Part shown: piece after piece, positions 9,945-18,484 of the stretch
Position numbering within the stretch: position 1 is the first letter of the stretch
Layout of the letters: the number at the start of each line of letters is the position of its first letter
Source of the DNA: Longimicrobiales bacterium
GTDB taxonomy: Bacteria > Gemmatimonadota > Gemmatimonadetes > Longimicrobiales > Gaopeijiaceae
Assembly (NCBI GenBank): GCA_965219445.1
Contig: CBDCNQ010000004.1
Location: 288,001-352,000 of the forward strand
Length of the DNA stretch: 64,000 nt
Reading direction: 5' to 3'
Program-made: the position numbers and the translations under genes
Notes under the pieces: model-generated
The model's input: only the letters and a program-made list of their open reading frames with translations
Database searches by the model: none
Told to the model about the DNA's origin: nothing

Positions 9945-10040
9945 TCTTTGCTGCTTCCGTCCTGTAGGTAAGCGGTTTCCCCGTTTCCGCTAAACCCCGC
10001 CGATGAACAGGTGTGCACGTTGGTGTGCACGTTCGGGGTT

Positions 10041-10435
10041 TCACTGGGCCTCCCGAAGCTCACCCGCCCCAAGAACGACACGTAAGGTAGTCTCGCTGTC
10101 GGCCTGTTGGTAGGCGGTTTTCAGGCTAACCGTATTCTTCCATCCGCCAGCGTGCGCCACATCGACGTCCGGCATGTGCTTTCTCTCCGTTGCCCACTTC
10201 CGGCGGTAGCTGTGCCACAGAGTACCCCTCAACGGCTCCAGCCCTGCGAGCTTCTCTCCCTTCCGCAGCCATTTGTCTGCCAAGTGCCGTGTGATGGGCT
10301 TTGTCGGGTCCGCCGGTGACGGAAATAAGGGTGTGGCACCTATGCCGGGACGCTCCTTCACGATACGGTCCAAGGCGGCTCGTACGGGCGGTGAGACTGG
10401 GACGGTAGCCTCGTATCCAACCTTGTCTGTACCGG
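10041..10435 (-). pseudogene. Tyrosine recombinase/integrase C-terminal fragment
   Basis: WHSYRRKWAT (HxxR), GGW and AYQ (catalytic Tyr region); N-terminus missing. Confidence 0.8.
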
Positions 10436-10521
10436 AGCTGAATGTCCCCGAAGTCGTTGAGCACTTCCCACACGCTCTCCACCGGAGCCGCAATCTGACG
10501 AGTGATCGTGAATTCCGGCAT
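10436..10521 (-). pseudogene. SRPBCC N-terminal fragment
   Basis: AAGGAGG RBS then MPEFTITRQIAAPVESVWEVLNDFGDIQ, abruptly joined to integrase sequence. Confidence 0.65.
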
Positions 10522-10615
10522 CAGGGCCTCCTTAGGATAGAGCCGACGATCACCACGCCTTCCACGAAGACGCGAAGCCAGGGGATCTGCTTGCTCAATC
10601 AACTACCTCTTTCAC

Positions 10616-10685
10616 GCGCTCTAACGGATTTGCGATTCTGCTGCGCGGCTAATGTGGTGACCGCAGGCGTAGCGCGCGAGCCCTC
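10616..10685 (-). repeat. Partial attC-like site
   Basis: GCGCTCTAACGGATTTGCGATTCTGCTGCGCG plus shared internal motif; second arm missing. Confidence 0.65.
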
Positions 10686-10761
10686 AGTTGCCCCCGTCCT
10701 GGGGATGCGTCTCTATCCACTCGCGGGACACTCCACCGCCACGGTCCGTAAGCCGTCGCTA

Positions 10762-11946
10762 TCATCCTCCGTCCGGCCTGATCGCTATGGATTGGGGGCC
10801 ATCTCCGACAGTGATCGTGGAGGTGACTGTGTTGGTGGCGAGGTCGATCACCGACACGTCGTCCGAGAACTGCGACGCGACGTAAGCGAAGTCACCGTCC
10901 GGCCCGGTCGCGATGCCACCGGGGCCATCTCCGACAGCAATCGTGGAGGTGACGACGTTCGTCGCCAAGTTGATCACCGACACGTTGTCGGAAGAGAACA
11001 TCGCGACGTAAGCGAAGGCACCGTCCGGCCTGATCGCGATGTCAAAGGAGGTATTCCCGACAGCGATCGTGGAGATGACGCTGTTGGTCGCCAGGTCGAT
11101 CACCGACACGTTGTTGGCGTTCTGGTCTGCCACGTAGGCGAAGGCACCGTCCGGCCTGATCGCGATTTCCCCGGGTGTATCCCCAACAGGTAGAGATGTA
11201 ACTACGGCATTGGTGGCGAGGTCGATCACCGACACGTTACCGGAGAGTCCTCCCGTGACGTAAGCGAAGGCACCGTCCGGCCTGATCGCTATGCCAAAGG
11301 CGCCAACGATGACGGAAACCGTGGAGGTGACTGTGTTGGTGACCAGGTCGATCACCGACACTGTGGAGGCGCCCAAGTTCGTGACGTAGCCGAAGACTCC
11401 GTCCGGCCTGATCGCGATGCCAAAGGGGGAATCAAAATCGATCGTGGAGGTGACGACGTTGGTCGCCAGGTCGATCACCGACGCGTTGTCGGAGCGTCCG
11501 TTCACGACGTAGGCGAAGGCACCGGGAGCCGGAATCGGGTCGTTCACGGTGACCGACGCCGTTCCACTAGCGGAGCCAGAAGTCGCCGTGATCGTCGCCG
11601 TTCCATTGGCGACGGCCGTGACGAGCCCCGTGGACGAAACGCTCGCGACGGATGAGCTAGAGGACGCCCACGTAACGGACGCACCGCTCATCGTCACACC
11701 GTTCTGGTCCCCGACCGTCTCAGTAAGCTGTTGTGTTTCTCCTAGCGACGAGAAGCTCAGGATCGTGGGCGAGAGCATGACGGTCGTCGCAACGGGAGTT
11801 TCTGGCTCGGCGGGCGACCCGCAACTCGCCAGGACGGCGAGAAGAATGGTCAGGAGGGCGGCGGCACCGCCCGGCGCCGCGGTTCGTTGTACACTAACGG
11901 CTTCCTGCAACAATCTGGCGCGGACGATGGAGAGGGGCTTACGCAT
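10762..11946 (-). CDS. Lipoprotein with Ig-like (Big_2) domain and YVTN/YncE beta-propeller repeats
   Basis: LASC lipobox; WASS..VASVSSTGLVTAV; about six ~42-aa repeats GIAIRPDGAFAYV...VSVIDLATN. Confidence 0.85.
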   Translation of the reverse strand: MRKPLSIVRARLLQEAVSVQRTAAPGGAAALLTILLAVLASCGSPAEPETPVATTVMLSPTILSFSSLGETQQLTETVGDQNGVTMSGASVTWASSSSSVASVSSTGLVTAVANGTATITATSGSASGTASVTVNDPIPAPGAFAYVVNGRSDNASVIDLATNVVTSTIDFDSPFGIAIRPDGVFGYVTNLGASTVSVIDLVTNTVTSTVSVIVGAFGIAIRPDGAFAYVTGGLSGNVSVIDLATNAVVTSLPVGDTPGEIAIRPDGAFAYVADQNANNVSVIDLATNSVISTIAVGNTSFDIAIRPDGAFAYVAMFSSDNVSVINLATNVVTSTIAVGDGPGGIATGPDGDFAYVASQFSDDVSVIDLATNTVTSTITVGDGPQSIAIRPDGG

Positions 11947-12063
11947 GGCTGTCTCCTTCTAGCTTCGCCGCTGGAGGGGGAGAGCGGCTGGACACTACCG
12001 ATCCGATGTTATGCTACGGGAAGATTAGACGCAAGCCGACACCGTGCGTCTCACGCCTGACTC

Positions 12064-12106
12064 GAGAAGACGGCCACCTCCGAACGATGGGGGTGGCCGT
12101 TTCTCT
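12064..12106. terminator. Hairpin, probable terminator
   Basis: ACGGCCACC...GGTGGCCGT with pairing flanks, downstream of the 56-aa gene. Confidence 0.55.
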
Positions 12107-12149
12107 TGACCCGATCCTTACTTGAATCGTCTGGTGCCGTTCCCACGCG

Positions 12150-12320
12150 TCAGCGTGTAAAGGCGTAGTAGATCACGTAGAACCAAGAGAAGACCCCATG
12201 GATGACGGCCCATAGGATGGACTGATGCAGCGACCAGGAAATGACAATCGCAAGAGCGCTACCGAAGCCAATTCCGCCACGCACCGCGTGCCCCTTGGCG
12301 GCTCTGCGTTTGTCACTCAA
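12150..12320 (-). CDS. 56-aa small membrane protein (absent from the ORF track)
   Basis: GAGGAGG RBS, TTG start; MSDKRRAAKGHAVRGGIGFGSALAIVISWSLHQSILWAVIHGVFSWFYVIYYAFTR. Confidence 0.75.
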   Translation of the reverse strand: MSDKRRAAKGHAVRGGIGFGSALAIVISWSLHQSILWAVIHGVFSWFYVIYYAFTR

Positions 12321-12377
12321 AGCGTCCTCCTCATGATCGAGTTCCCTCGCGGACTTGCCGAACTGATCTGGGACTTC

Positions 12378-12425
12378 TGATGCTGCGCGGTTAATCTGCC
12401 GACCGCAAGCGAAGCGCGCGAGCCT
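12378..12425 (-). repeat. Degenerate attC-like site
   Basis: TGCTGCGCGGTTAATCTGCCGACCGCAAGCGAAGCGCGCGAGCCT, near-identical to 5931-5972. Confidence 0.6.
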
Positions 12426-12443
12426 CTAGCAGACCCTTCTCGT

Positions 12444-12934
12444 TCAACCAAAGGGCGTGATATGCGGGTTTTGATCGAACAGAGGCACGTCAACGAGTAG
12501 CTCGTCAACGAGGGCTATGAACTCAGCGGAAAAGACGCGCTCGACCCCGAAATTTTCCCACCACGCTCGCGCTTGCGGGGCTGATAGTGTCGCTAGAATT
12601 GAGCCTTGATACGATCGCCACGTGACGTCATCGAGTGTTCCGCTTTCGTATTGCAGCCAGTTGTTTTCCCGCATGCGGACGAATGTCACTAGTAAAAAGC
12701 TCACGCGAACTCTTTCTTCGTCGGTCAAATCCGGCTTGTACTGCAGAAGAAGCAGTTCCGGGCTCTCGATGTACAGCTCAAGAAACTGCTGATCCGAAGC
12801 AAGCATCGCCTGCCGGGTATCAGCCTGGGTCGCTCCGGCGTTCTGCTGAAGCTCGATCACTAGATACACAAGAGTAATCAGTATGGCCACAGAGCTAAAA
12901 ATCTCAGCGACGGCAGATGTCTTGGTCAGTTCAT
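12444..12934 (-). pseudogene. Hypothetical single-pass membrane protein with 1-bp frameshift at codon 3
   Basis: ATG AAC TG- ACC; adding one G gives MNWTKTSAVAEIFSSVAILITLVYL joined to ORF 12444..12890. Confidence 0.6.
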
Positions 12935-13145
12935 GGTTTTCCCTTTAGGATTGATGCGCTGATTCTGCGCCGTCTTAGGGGCGGGAGCGAGGCTGTCGGA
13001 GTTGAGTTCTCCGGAATTCGACGACCGCGATTCTGATCTTATAAGGCGAAAGGCTGACCTCACTCGAGCGGGACATTACGCTGATCTTGCTCAAAGGCCT
13101 TCCGCATCCCAACCCAAGGAGGATCACCATGCTCATCCGGATCGT

Positions 13146-13201
13146 GAGCCGCAAGCGAAGCGCGCGAGCCTGATGTCTACCGCGACAGTAGCAATCGCTT
13201 G
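13146..13201 (-). repeat. attC-like half site interrupted by IS110
   Basis: GCAAGCGAAGCGCGCGAGCCTGATGTCTACCGCGACAGTAGCAATCGCTTG; last 25 nt also at 1690-1714. Confidence 0.7.
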
Positions 13202-13292
13202 ATACTCATGCAGGCCCCCTCCTGGACCTCTCAGAGAGAGGACGGAATGATCAGAGCGCGACGCTCGATCCATCCAACCCAGGAGGGGAACC

Positions 13293-14339
13293 ATGCGCTT
13301 CTACACCGGCCAGCATCGATACTACTGTGGCATCGACCTTCACGCTCGCACGCTCTACCTCTGTATCCTGGACTGCCAGGGCAAGATACGACTACACAAG
13401 AGGCTACGCTGTGAGCGCGAGGCACTGCTTCGCGCCCTCGAGCCGTACCGTTCAGATCTCGTCGTGGGCAGCGAGTGCATCTTCTGCTGGTACTGGCTCG
13501 CCGATCTCTGTGCTCGCGAGCAGATCCCCTTCGTGCTCGGCCATGCGCTCTACATGAAGGCGATCCATGGGGCCAAGGCGAAGAACGACCACATCGACTC
13601 CCACAAGACGGCGGTGCTGCTGCGCGGGGGTGCCTTTCCGGTGGCCTACGTCTATCCCCCGCAGATGCGAGCCACGCGCGATGTGCTCCGGCGCCGACTC
13701 TACTTCGTACGCAAGCGCGGCGAACTCCTCGCCCACGTCCGTAACACCTTTCATCAGTACAACCTGCCTCGGCCCTCCGGTCAGCTCCTCTATAAGAAGA
13801 ACCGCGAGGGACTGGCCCAGGCATTCGACGATCGCATGATCCAGAGGACCATCGAGGCGGATCTCGCACTCGCGGATCGCTTCGACCCCGTGATCCGAGA
13901 ACTCGAGCGCACGATCGAAGAAGAAGCCCGCGTCCACGACCACGACACGCTGCAGCGGCTGCGAACCATCCCCGGCATTGGCCGCATCCTGGCCCTCACG
14001 CTGCTCTATGAGATCCACGACATCGCTCGCTTCAGCACGGTGCAGCGCTTCAGCTCCTACTGTCGACTCGCCAAGCCCGAGCACCGCAGTGCAGGCAAGC
14101 GAGTCGGCAGCGGAGGAGCCAAGATCGGCAACGCACACCTCAAGTGGGCGTTCAGTGAGGCGGCCGTCCTCTTCCTTCGCGACAACGTCCGCGGCCAGGC
14201 CCATCTCAAGAGGCTCGCGCGCCGCCACGGCAAGGGCAAGGCGCTCAGCATCCTTGCGGCTCGCATCGGACGCGCCACCTACTTCATGCTCAAGAACCGG
14301 GAGGCATTCGACACCGAACGCTTCTATACACGCACCTGA
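13293..14339 (+). CDS. IS110-family transposase
   Basis: CGIDLH (DEDD), KNDHIDS, TIPGIG, RSAG, GNAHLKWAFSEAA. Confidence 0.95.
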   Translation: MRFYTGQHRYYCGIDLHARTLYLCILDCQGKIRLHKRLRCEREALLRALEPYRSDLVVGSECIFCWYWLADLCAREQIPFVLGHALYMKAIHGAKAKNDHIDSHKTAVLLRGGAFPVAYVYPPQMRATRDVLRRRLYFVRKRGELLAHVRNTFHQYNLPRPSGQLLYKKNREGLAQAFDDRMIQRTIEADLALADRFDPVIRELERTIEEEARVHDHDTLQRLRTIPGIGRILALTLLYEIHDIARFSTVQRFSSYCRLAKPEHRSAGKRVGSGGAKIGNAHLKWAFSEAAVLFLRDNVRGQAHLKRLARRHGKGKALSILAARIGRATYFMLKNREAFDTERFYTRT

Positions 14340-14340
14340 C

Positions 14341-14461
14341 GGGGAGGGGAGGTTGTGAGCCTTGATTTCTAACTCGAGCGGGCACCGGATGCCTGACAGC
14401 CGCCTCGCTTGATTGGACGCCTCCTCCCGCTCCCCACACATCGAGTCGGTCTCACTCAGGA
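14341..14461 (+). ncRNA. Putative bridge/seek RNA (target-binding loop; 3' part lost)
   Basis: Stem GGGGAGGGGAGG/CCTCCCGCTCCCC enclosing TTTCTAAC (14366-14373) and TCGCTTG (14405-14411). Confidence 0.7.
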
Positions 14462-14561
14462 TGACGTCCCTCTCTGCCAACTTACGTGAGACACGGAGCA
14501 GCTAAGGAATTAGAGTAGGGCGAAGGCAGAGAAACCGAGGATGCTGAGACACCGAGAGAGA

Positions 14562-14990
14562 ATGAAAGAGAATGGAATAGCCCCACCAACCTGGGACGGT
14601 AAGCGAAGCGCGGCAGCTCCTGCGGACTCGGAGGTGGTAGATAGGCCGCTGCGCCGGCGGTTCGCTCCGTCGTACAAGCTGCGGATCGTCGAAGAAGCGG
14701 ACCGGTGCACGGAGCCCGGAGAGGTTGGCCGACTCCTACGGCGGGAGGGCTTGTACTCGTCGCACCTGACGACATGGCGCAAGGCGGCGCATAGCGGGTC
14801 CCTGAAAGCGCTGTCGAAGAAACGAGGCCGTAAGCGCGAGCGCAATCCGCTGGAGGAGAAGGTGCGCAAGCTGGAGCGCGAGAACACTCGCCTCGAGAAG
14901 GAGCTCCAGAAGGCGCACTTGATCATCGACGTCCAGGGAAAAGTTGCAGGGCTGCTGGGATTGAGCCTCGAGGACGGGACGAACTCATGA
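14562..14990 (+). CDS. Transposase OrfA
   Basis: RRRFAPSYKLRIV...LRREGLYSSHL..WR HTH; ATGA overlap with OrfB. Confidence 0.9.
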   Translation: MKENGIAPPTWDGKRSAAAPADSEVVDRPLRRRFAPSYKLRIVEEADRCTEPGEVGRLLRREGLYSSHLTTWRKAAHSGSLKALSKKRGRKRERNPLEEKVRKLERENTRLEKELQKAHLIIDVQGKVAGLLGLSLEDGTNS

Positions 14991-15994
14991 AGGCGACCCA
15001 GGAGCTAGCCAAGCACGTAGGGGTGAAGCCCGCGTGCGATGCGCTCAGGGTGCCGCGAGCCACGTTCTACCGTCGTCGGAGTGCATCGACCGGGCATCAG
15101 CAGCCCCGCCCGACCCCCGCCCGGGCCTTAAGTGAGAGGGAGCGGGACAAGATTTTCGACACCCTGTGTTCGGAGCGGTTCGTGGACCGGTCCCCAGCCG
15201 AGGTGGTGGCGACGCTGCTCGACGAGGACGTCTACCTGTGCAGCGAGCGTACGATGTATCGCGTTCTGGCTTCCCAGGTGCCGGTTCAGGAGCGTCGAGC
15301 GCAGCGGAGTCATCCCAAATACCAGAAGCCCGAGTTGATGGCGAGGGGCCCGAACCAGGTCTGGTCCTGGGATATCACCCGGCTGCTGGGGCCGAAGAAG
15401 TGGAGTTACTTCTACCTCTACGTGATCCTGGACATCTTCAGCCGCTACGTCGTGGGATGGATGGTGGCGGATCGGGAGAACTCTGCCCTGGCCAGCCGGC
15501 TGATCCAGCAGAGTTGCTTGAAGCATGGCGTCCAGCCCCACCTCCTGACCCTGCATTCCGATCGAGGGGCTCCGATGACGAGCCAATGCACGGCTCAACT
15601 ACTCGCCGATCTCGGCGTGACCCGCTCGTTGGGCCGACCCCAGGTCTCGGATGACAATCCGTTCTCCGAGGCTCAGTTCAAGACCTTGAAGTACCATCCC
15701 TCGTTTCCCGGCCGGTTCGGGGATCAGGGGCAAGCCAAGACCTTCTGTCGCTCGTTCTTCCGTTGGTATAATGCCGAGCACCGCCATGGCGGCATCTCGA
15801 TGCTGACCCCCGAACAGGTCCACTTCGGTCACGCCGATCGGATCATCGCCTGCAGGAAGGCCGTGCTCCGTGAGGCATGGGCCGCTCATCCCGAGCGCTT
15901 CGTCTCCGGTGAGCCGAAGCCTAAACCACTCCCGGAGGCCGTCTGGATCAATCCTCCCACCCCATCCCTCACGACACAGGAGATTGCTCTCTAA
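14987..15994 (+). CDS. Transposase OrfB (rve/DDE)
   Basis: WSWDIT, LHSDRG, DNPFSEA. Confidence 0.93.
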   Translation: MKATQELAKHVGVKPACDALRVPRATFYRRRSASTGHQQPRPTPARALSERERDKIFDTLCSERFVDRSPAEVVATLLDEDVYLCSERTMYRVLASQVPVQERRAQRSHPKYQKPELMARGPNQVWSWDITRLLGPKKWSYFYLYVILDIFSRYVVGWMVADRENSALASRLIQQSCLKHGVQPHLLTLHSDRGAPMTSQCTAQLLADLGVTRSLGRPQVSDDNPFSEAQFKTLKYHPSFPGRFGDQGQAKTFCRSFFRWYNAEHRHGGISMLTPEQVHFGHADRIIACRKAVLREAWAAHPERFVSGEPKPKPLPEAVWINPPTPSLTTQEIAL

Positions 15995-16056
15995 TTGATT
16001 TCCAAGAGTGTCTCACTGGCGTTGACAGGTTCCGCCCTCTCCTGCGGTACCACTTG

Positions 16057-16950
16057 CTATGTTAGACCTGAAGCCATTGGCGGTCCCTGGAGCTGAGGCA
16101 TTCTGAGGAACCAAGGTGATGGTTTCAATGCTTCCGGAGCGGGGGGTAGACCGCCGCAGGCGCTGTGGGGTCGAACGGTATTGTACACCCGCCGCCACTG
16201 CTCGACGAGTACGACGGCCTCGGGCAGTGTGTAAAAGATCTCTCCGTTCAAGAACTCGTTCCTCAGCTTGCCGTTGAAGCTCTCGTTGTAGCCGTTCTCC
16301 CACGGACTGCCCGGCGCGATGTAGAGGATCTGGACCCGCAGCCTGGCCAGCCATCTCCGCACCAGTTTCGCCGTGAACTCTGGCCCGTTGTCCGAGCGCA
16401 GATGCTCGGGCGGACCGTGCCGAGCGAAGAGATCGGTGAGCACCTCGAGAACGTCGTGAGCTCGAGTCTTTCGACCGACCTTGATCGCCAGACACTGCCG
16501 CGTGTACTCGTCGAGCACGGTCAGAAGCTTCAGCGCACGGCCGTCATGGGTCCTCGTGCTTACGAAGTCGTAGGACCACACGTGATTCTTGTGCAGTGGC
16601 CTGAGCCGGATGCACGAGCCATCGTTGAGCCACAACCGACCCCGTTTCGGTTGCCGTCTGGGCACTTTCAGCCCCTCCTGCCTCCAGATACGCTCCACAC
16701 GCTTGTGGTTCACCTCCCAGCCCTCGATGCGTAGCAGGTTCGTGATCTGTCGATACCCGTACCTGCCGAACCGGCTCGCCAACCGTATCACGTCCGTGCG
16801 TAGCGCCGACTCGTCGACCCGCACCTTCTTCACCCGACGCTGAGTCGAGCGCGGCTGACCCAGTACGTGACACGCGTGACGTTCACTCGCCCCGAGTCGC
16901 TGACGTACATGCACCACGCACCTCCGTCGGCGCTCGGGGCTCAGAAGTTT
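16057..16950 (-). CDS. IS3 (IS407-like) OrfB, probably expressed by -1 frameshift
   Basis: [22 protein letters not shown]. Confidence 0.93.
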   Translation of the reverse strand, partial: KLLSPERRRRCVVHVRQRLGASERHACHVLGQPRSTQRRVKKVRVDESALRTDVIRLASRFGRYGYRQITNLLRIEGWEVNHKRVERIWRQEGLKVPRRQPKRGRLWLNDGSCIRLRPLHKNHVWSYDFVSTRTHDGRALKLLTVLDEYTRQCLAIKVGRKTRAHDVLEVLTDLFARHGPPEHLRSDNGPEFTAKLVRRWLARLRVQILYIAPGSPWENGYNESFNGKLRNEFLNGEIFYTLPEAVVLVEQWRRVYNTVRPHSACGGLPPAPEALKPSPWFLRMPQLQGPPMASGLT

Positions 16951-17219
16951 CCCTTGGTCGCTTCCTCCAGGATCAGCTTGTCCACCGTCAGGTTCGCCAC
17001 CGCTCGCTTCAGCCGTGCGTTCTCCTTCTCCAGCTCCTTGAAGCGTCGAGCTTGATCCACCTTCATCCCCCCGAACTCCTGGCGCCACCGGTAGTACGTC
17101 TGCTCGCTGATCCCCAGCTCCCGGCTCACCATCCCCACCGTTTTGCCGTTCGCCAGACCCACCTCCGCCTCTCTCAATGCCGTGATGATCTGCTCCGGCG
17201 TGTGTCGTCTCCTACTCAT
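16941..17219 (-). CDS. IS3 (IS407-like) OrfA
   Basis: HTPEQII...[11 protein letters not shown]...[10 protein letters not shown]. Confidence 0.93.
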   Translation of the reverse strand: MSRRRHTPEQIITALREAEVGLANGKTVGMVSRELGISEQTYYRWRQEFGGMKVDQARRFKELEKENARLKRAVANLTVDKLILEEATKGNF

Positions 17220-17418
17220 TCTGACCTCCTCCCTGATGGTTGCGACCAAAGCCGCATCCTAACATCAACTTCGGTCTCGGTTCAGGGGGTCACGTCACAC
17301 GTTCGTGTGCACGTTGGCGTACTCTAAGCCCGTGAACGGTCTGAAGATCGTACTCGGGGTTAGGGGAGGAATCCCTTATTCTGACTGGAGAATTGCGAAA
17401 ACCGGGATCTGTCCAGCG

Positions 17419-17460
17419 GGCTTGCAAAGCCAGCGCTCTCCCAACTGAGCTATGGCCCCT
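17419..17460 (-). repeat. att-site duplicate of the tRNA-Ala 5' half
   Basis: 42 bp identical to 9904-9945. Confidence 0.9.
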
Positions 17461-17723
17461 TCGTCGGAGTCGAGCACACCGTTACGGATGATCCGGAGAC
17501 TACCAGCCATTTCGGTCACGAGGATGTCACCATTCGGAAGGAACGCGAGTCCCCAAGGGCGGGTCAACCCTTTCGTGATGACCGACACGCGAATACGCGT
17601 CGAGGGGTTGACCGTTTCGAACTCCCAGGGACCATCACCAAGGGCCGGGGACTGGGCACTGACGTTCGGAGCGATGATGATGACGAGAGACAAAACGTGC
17701 CCTACGAGCTTGAGATTCTTCAT
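17461..17723 (-). pseudogene. PQQ-dependent sugar (glucose/sorbosone) dehydrogenase N-terminal fragment
   Basis: Signal peptide, GLTRPWGLAFLPNGDILVTE; runs directly into the tRNA half copy. Confidence 0.8.
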
Positions 17724-17951
17724 CGGCACGAACTCCTTTCATGCGCGGGCTCGCCCGCTGGCAACGTGACCAATGTGTCGACCGCAAACGAAGTGCGCGA
17801 CCCTCCGTGCCGGACGTCATGCCGAACCTGGACAGGACGCTTGCTACGCGCTCCACGGCCTCGCATGTTAACAGCGAACCAGGGGGCAGAGAGGGTGGCC
17901 TGAATGGTTTTGTGGTCGTCCGGCTGCGCCCATCATCATGAGGAGGGGACC

Positions 17952-18362
17952 ATGGACATCACCAGCACGGGTGCGCAGCCACAACCGGATGACACCGCAC
18001 AAATCAGGGCCACGATCGCGCCCTGGGTCCAGGCATGCTTGGACCGAGACTGGGATTCACTGCTGGCGATGTGCACGGAGGACATCGTGTTCAGTCCTCC
18101 TGGGGAACTCAAGGTCACCGGTGAGGCCGTGCGGCCTTGGCTGGAAGACTATCCACCCATAAAGGCGATGGCGTTCGACTTCGACCGCATCGAGGTCAGC
18201 GGTGATCTGGCGGCCTCCAATGGGTCGGGGAGCATGATCATCGAGGTGGAGGGACAGGAGGCAACGGTGAACTTCGATTTCACAGATGTCTTTCGTAAGG
18301 ATCTAGACGGTGTCTTCCGCTACTCGTCCGTGATCTACAACACCAAGGACGCGCCCGCTTGA
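17952..18362 (+). CDS. NTF2/SnoaL-like (DUF4440) protein
   Basis: GAGGAGG RBS; DWDSLLAMCTEDIVF..P, SGDLA, DVFRK..DG.FR. Confidence 0.75.
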   Translation: MDITSTGAQPQPDDTAQIRATIAPWVQACLDRDWDSLLAMCTEDIVFSPPGELKVTGEAVRPWLEDYPPIKAMAFDFDRIEVSGDLAASNGSGSMIIEVEGQEATVNFDFTDVFRKDLDGVFRYSSVIYNTKDAPA

Positions 18363-18484
18363 CCGACCGGCTGGCGACGGTGGAGGAAAAGGGTCCCAAG
18401 ACACGCCTGGGCTGCAACTACTGCAACTAAGGGGGCTGAGAGAAATCTCCCAGCCCCCGCCGACGTAGCAGCCAGACCGACGGC

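Larger units (their letters stand above)
13202..14461 (+). mobile_element. IS110/IS1111-family element, right end truncated by an IS3
   Basis: Transposase plus downstream structured non-coding region; left junction inside attC-like site. Confidence 0.85.
14475..16034 (+). mobile_element. IS3-related element
   Basis: IRs TGCCAACTTACGTGAGACAC / revcomp TGTCAACGCCAGTGAGACAC with 7-nt tail GGTTCCG; duplication CCCTCTC at 14468-14474 and 16035-16041. Confidence 0.85.
14462..17297 (-). mobile_element. IS3-family (IS407-like) element whose right IR is split by another IS
   Basis: Ends TGACGT(CCCTCTC)CTGCGGTACC after rejoining, and revcomp TGACGTGACCCCCTGAACCGAGACC; no target duplication. Confidence 0.8.
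9904..17460. mobile_element. Decayed integrative element bounded by 42-bp repeats of the tRNA-Ala 5' half
   Basis: 9904-9945 = 17419-17460; GTGTGCACGTT repeats inside both ends (10011-10033, 17298-17315); integrase remnant beside the left repeat. Confidence 0.75.

Noticed and set aside
10041..10435. Integrase as the integron integrase IntI
   Set aside because: No IntI-specific insertion visible; tied to tRNA att repeats instead
10770..11520. Regular ~126-bp repeats as a CRISPR array
   Set aside because: They are in-frame coding repeats of a beta-propeller; no unique spacers and no cas genes
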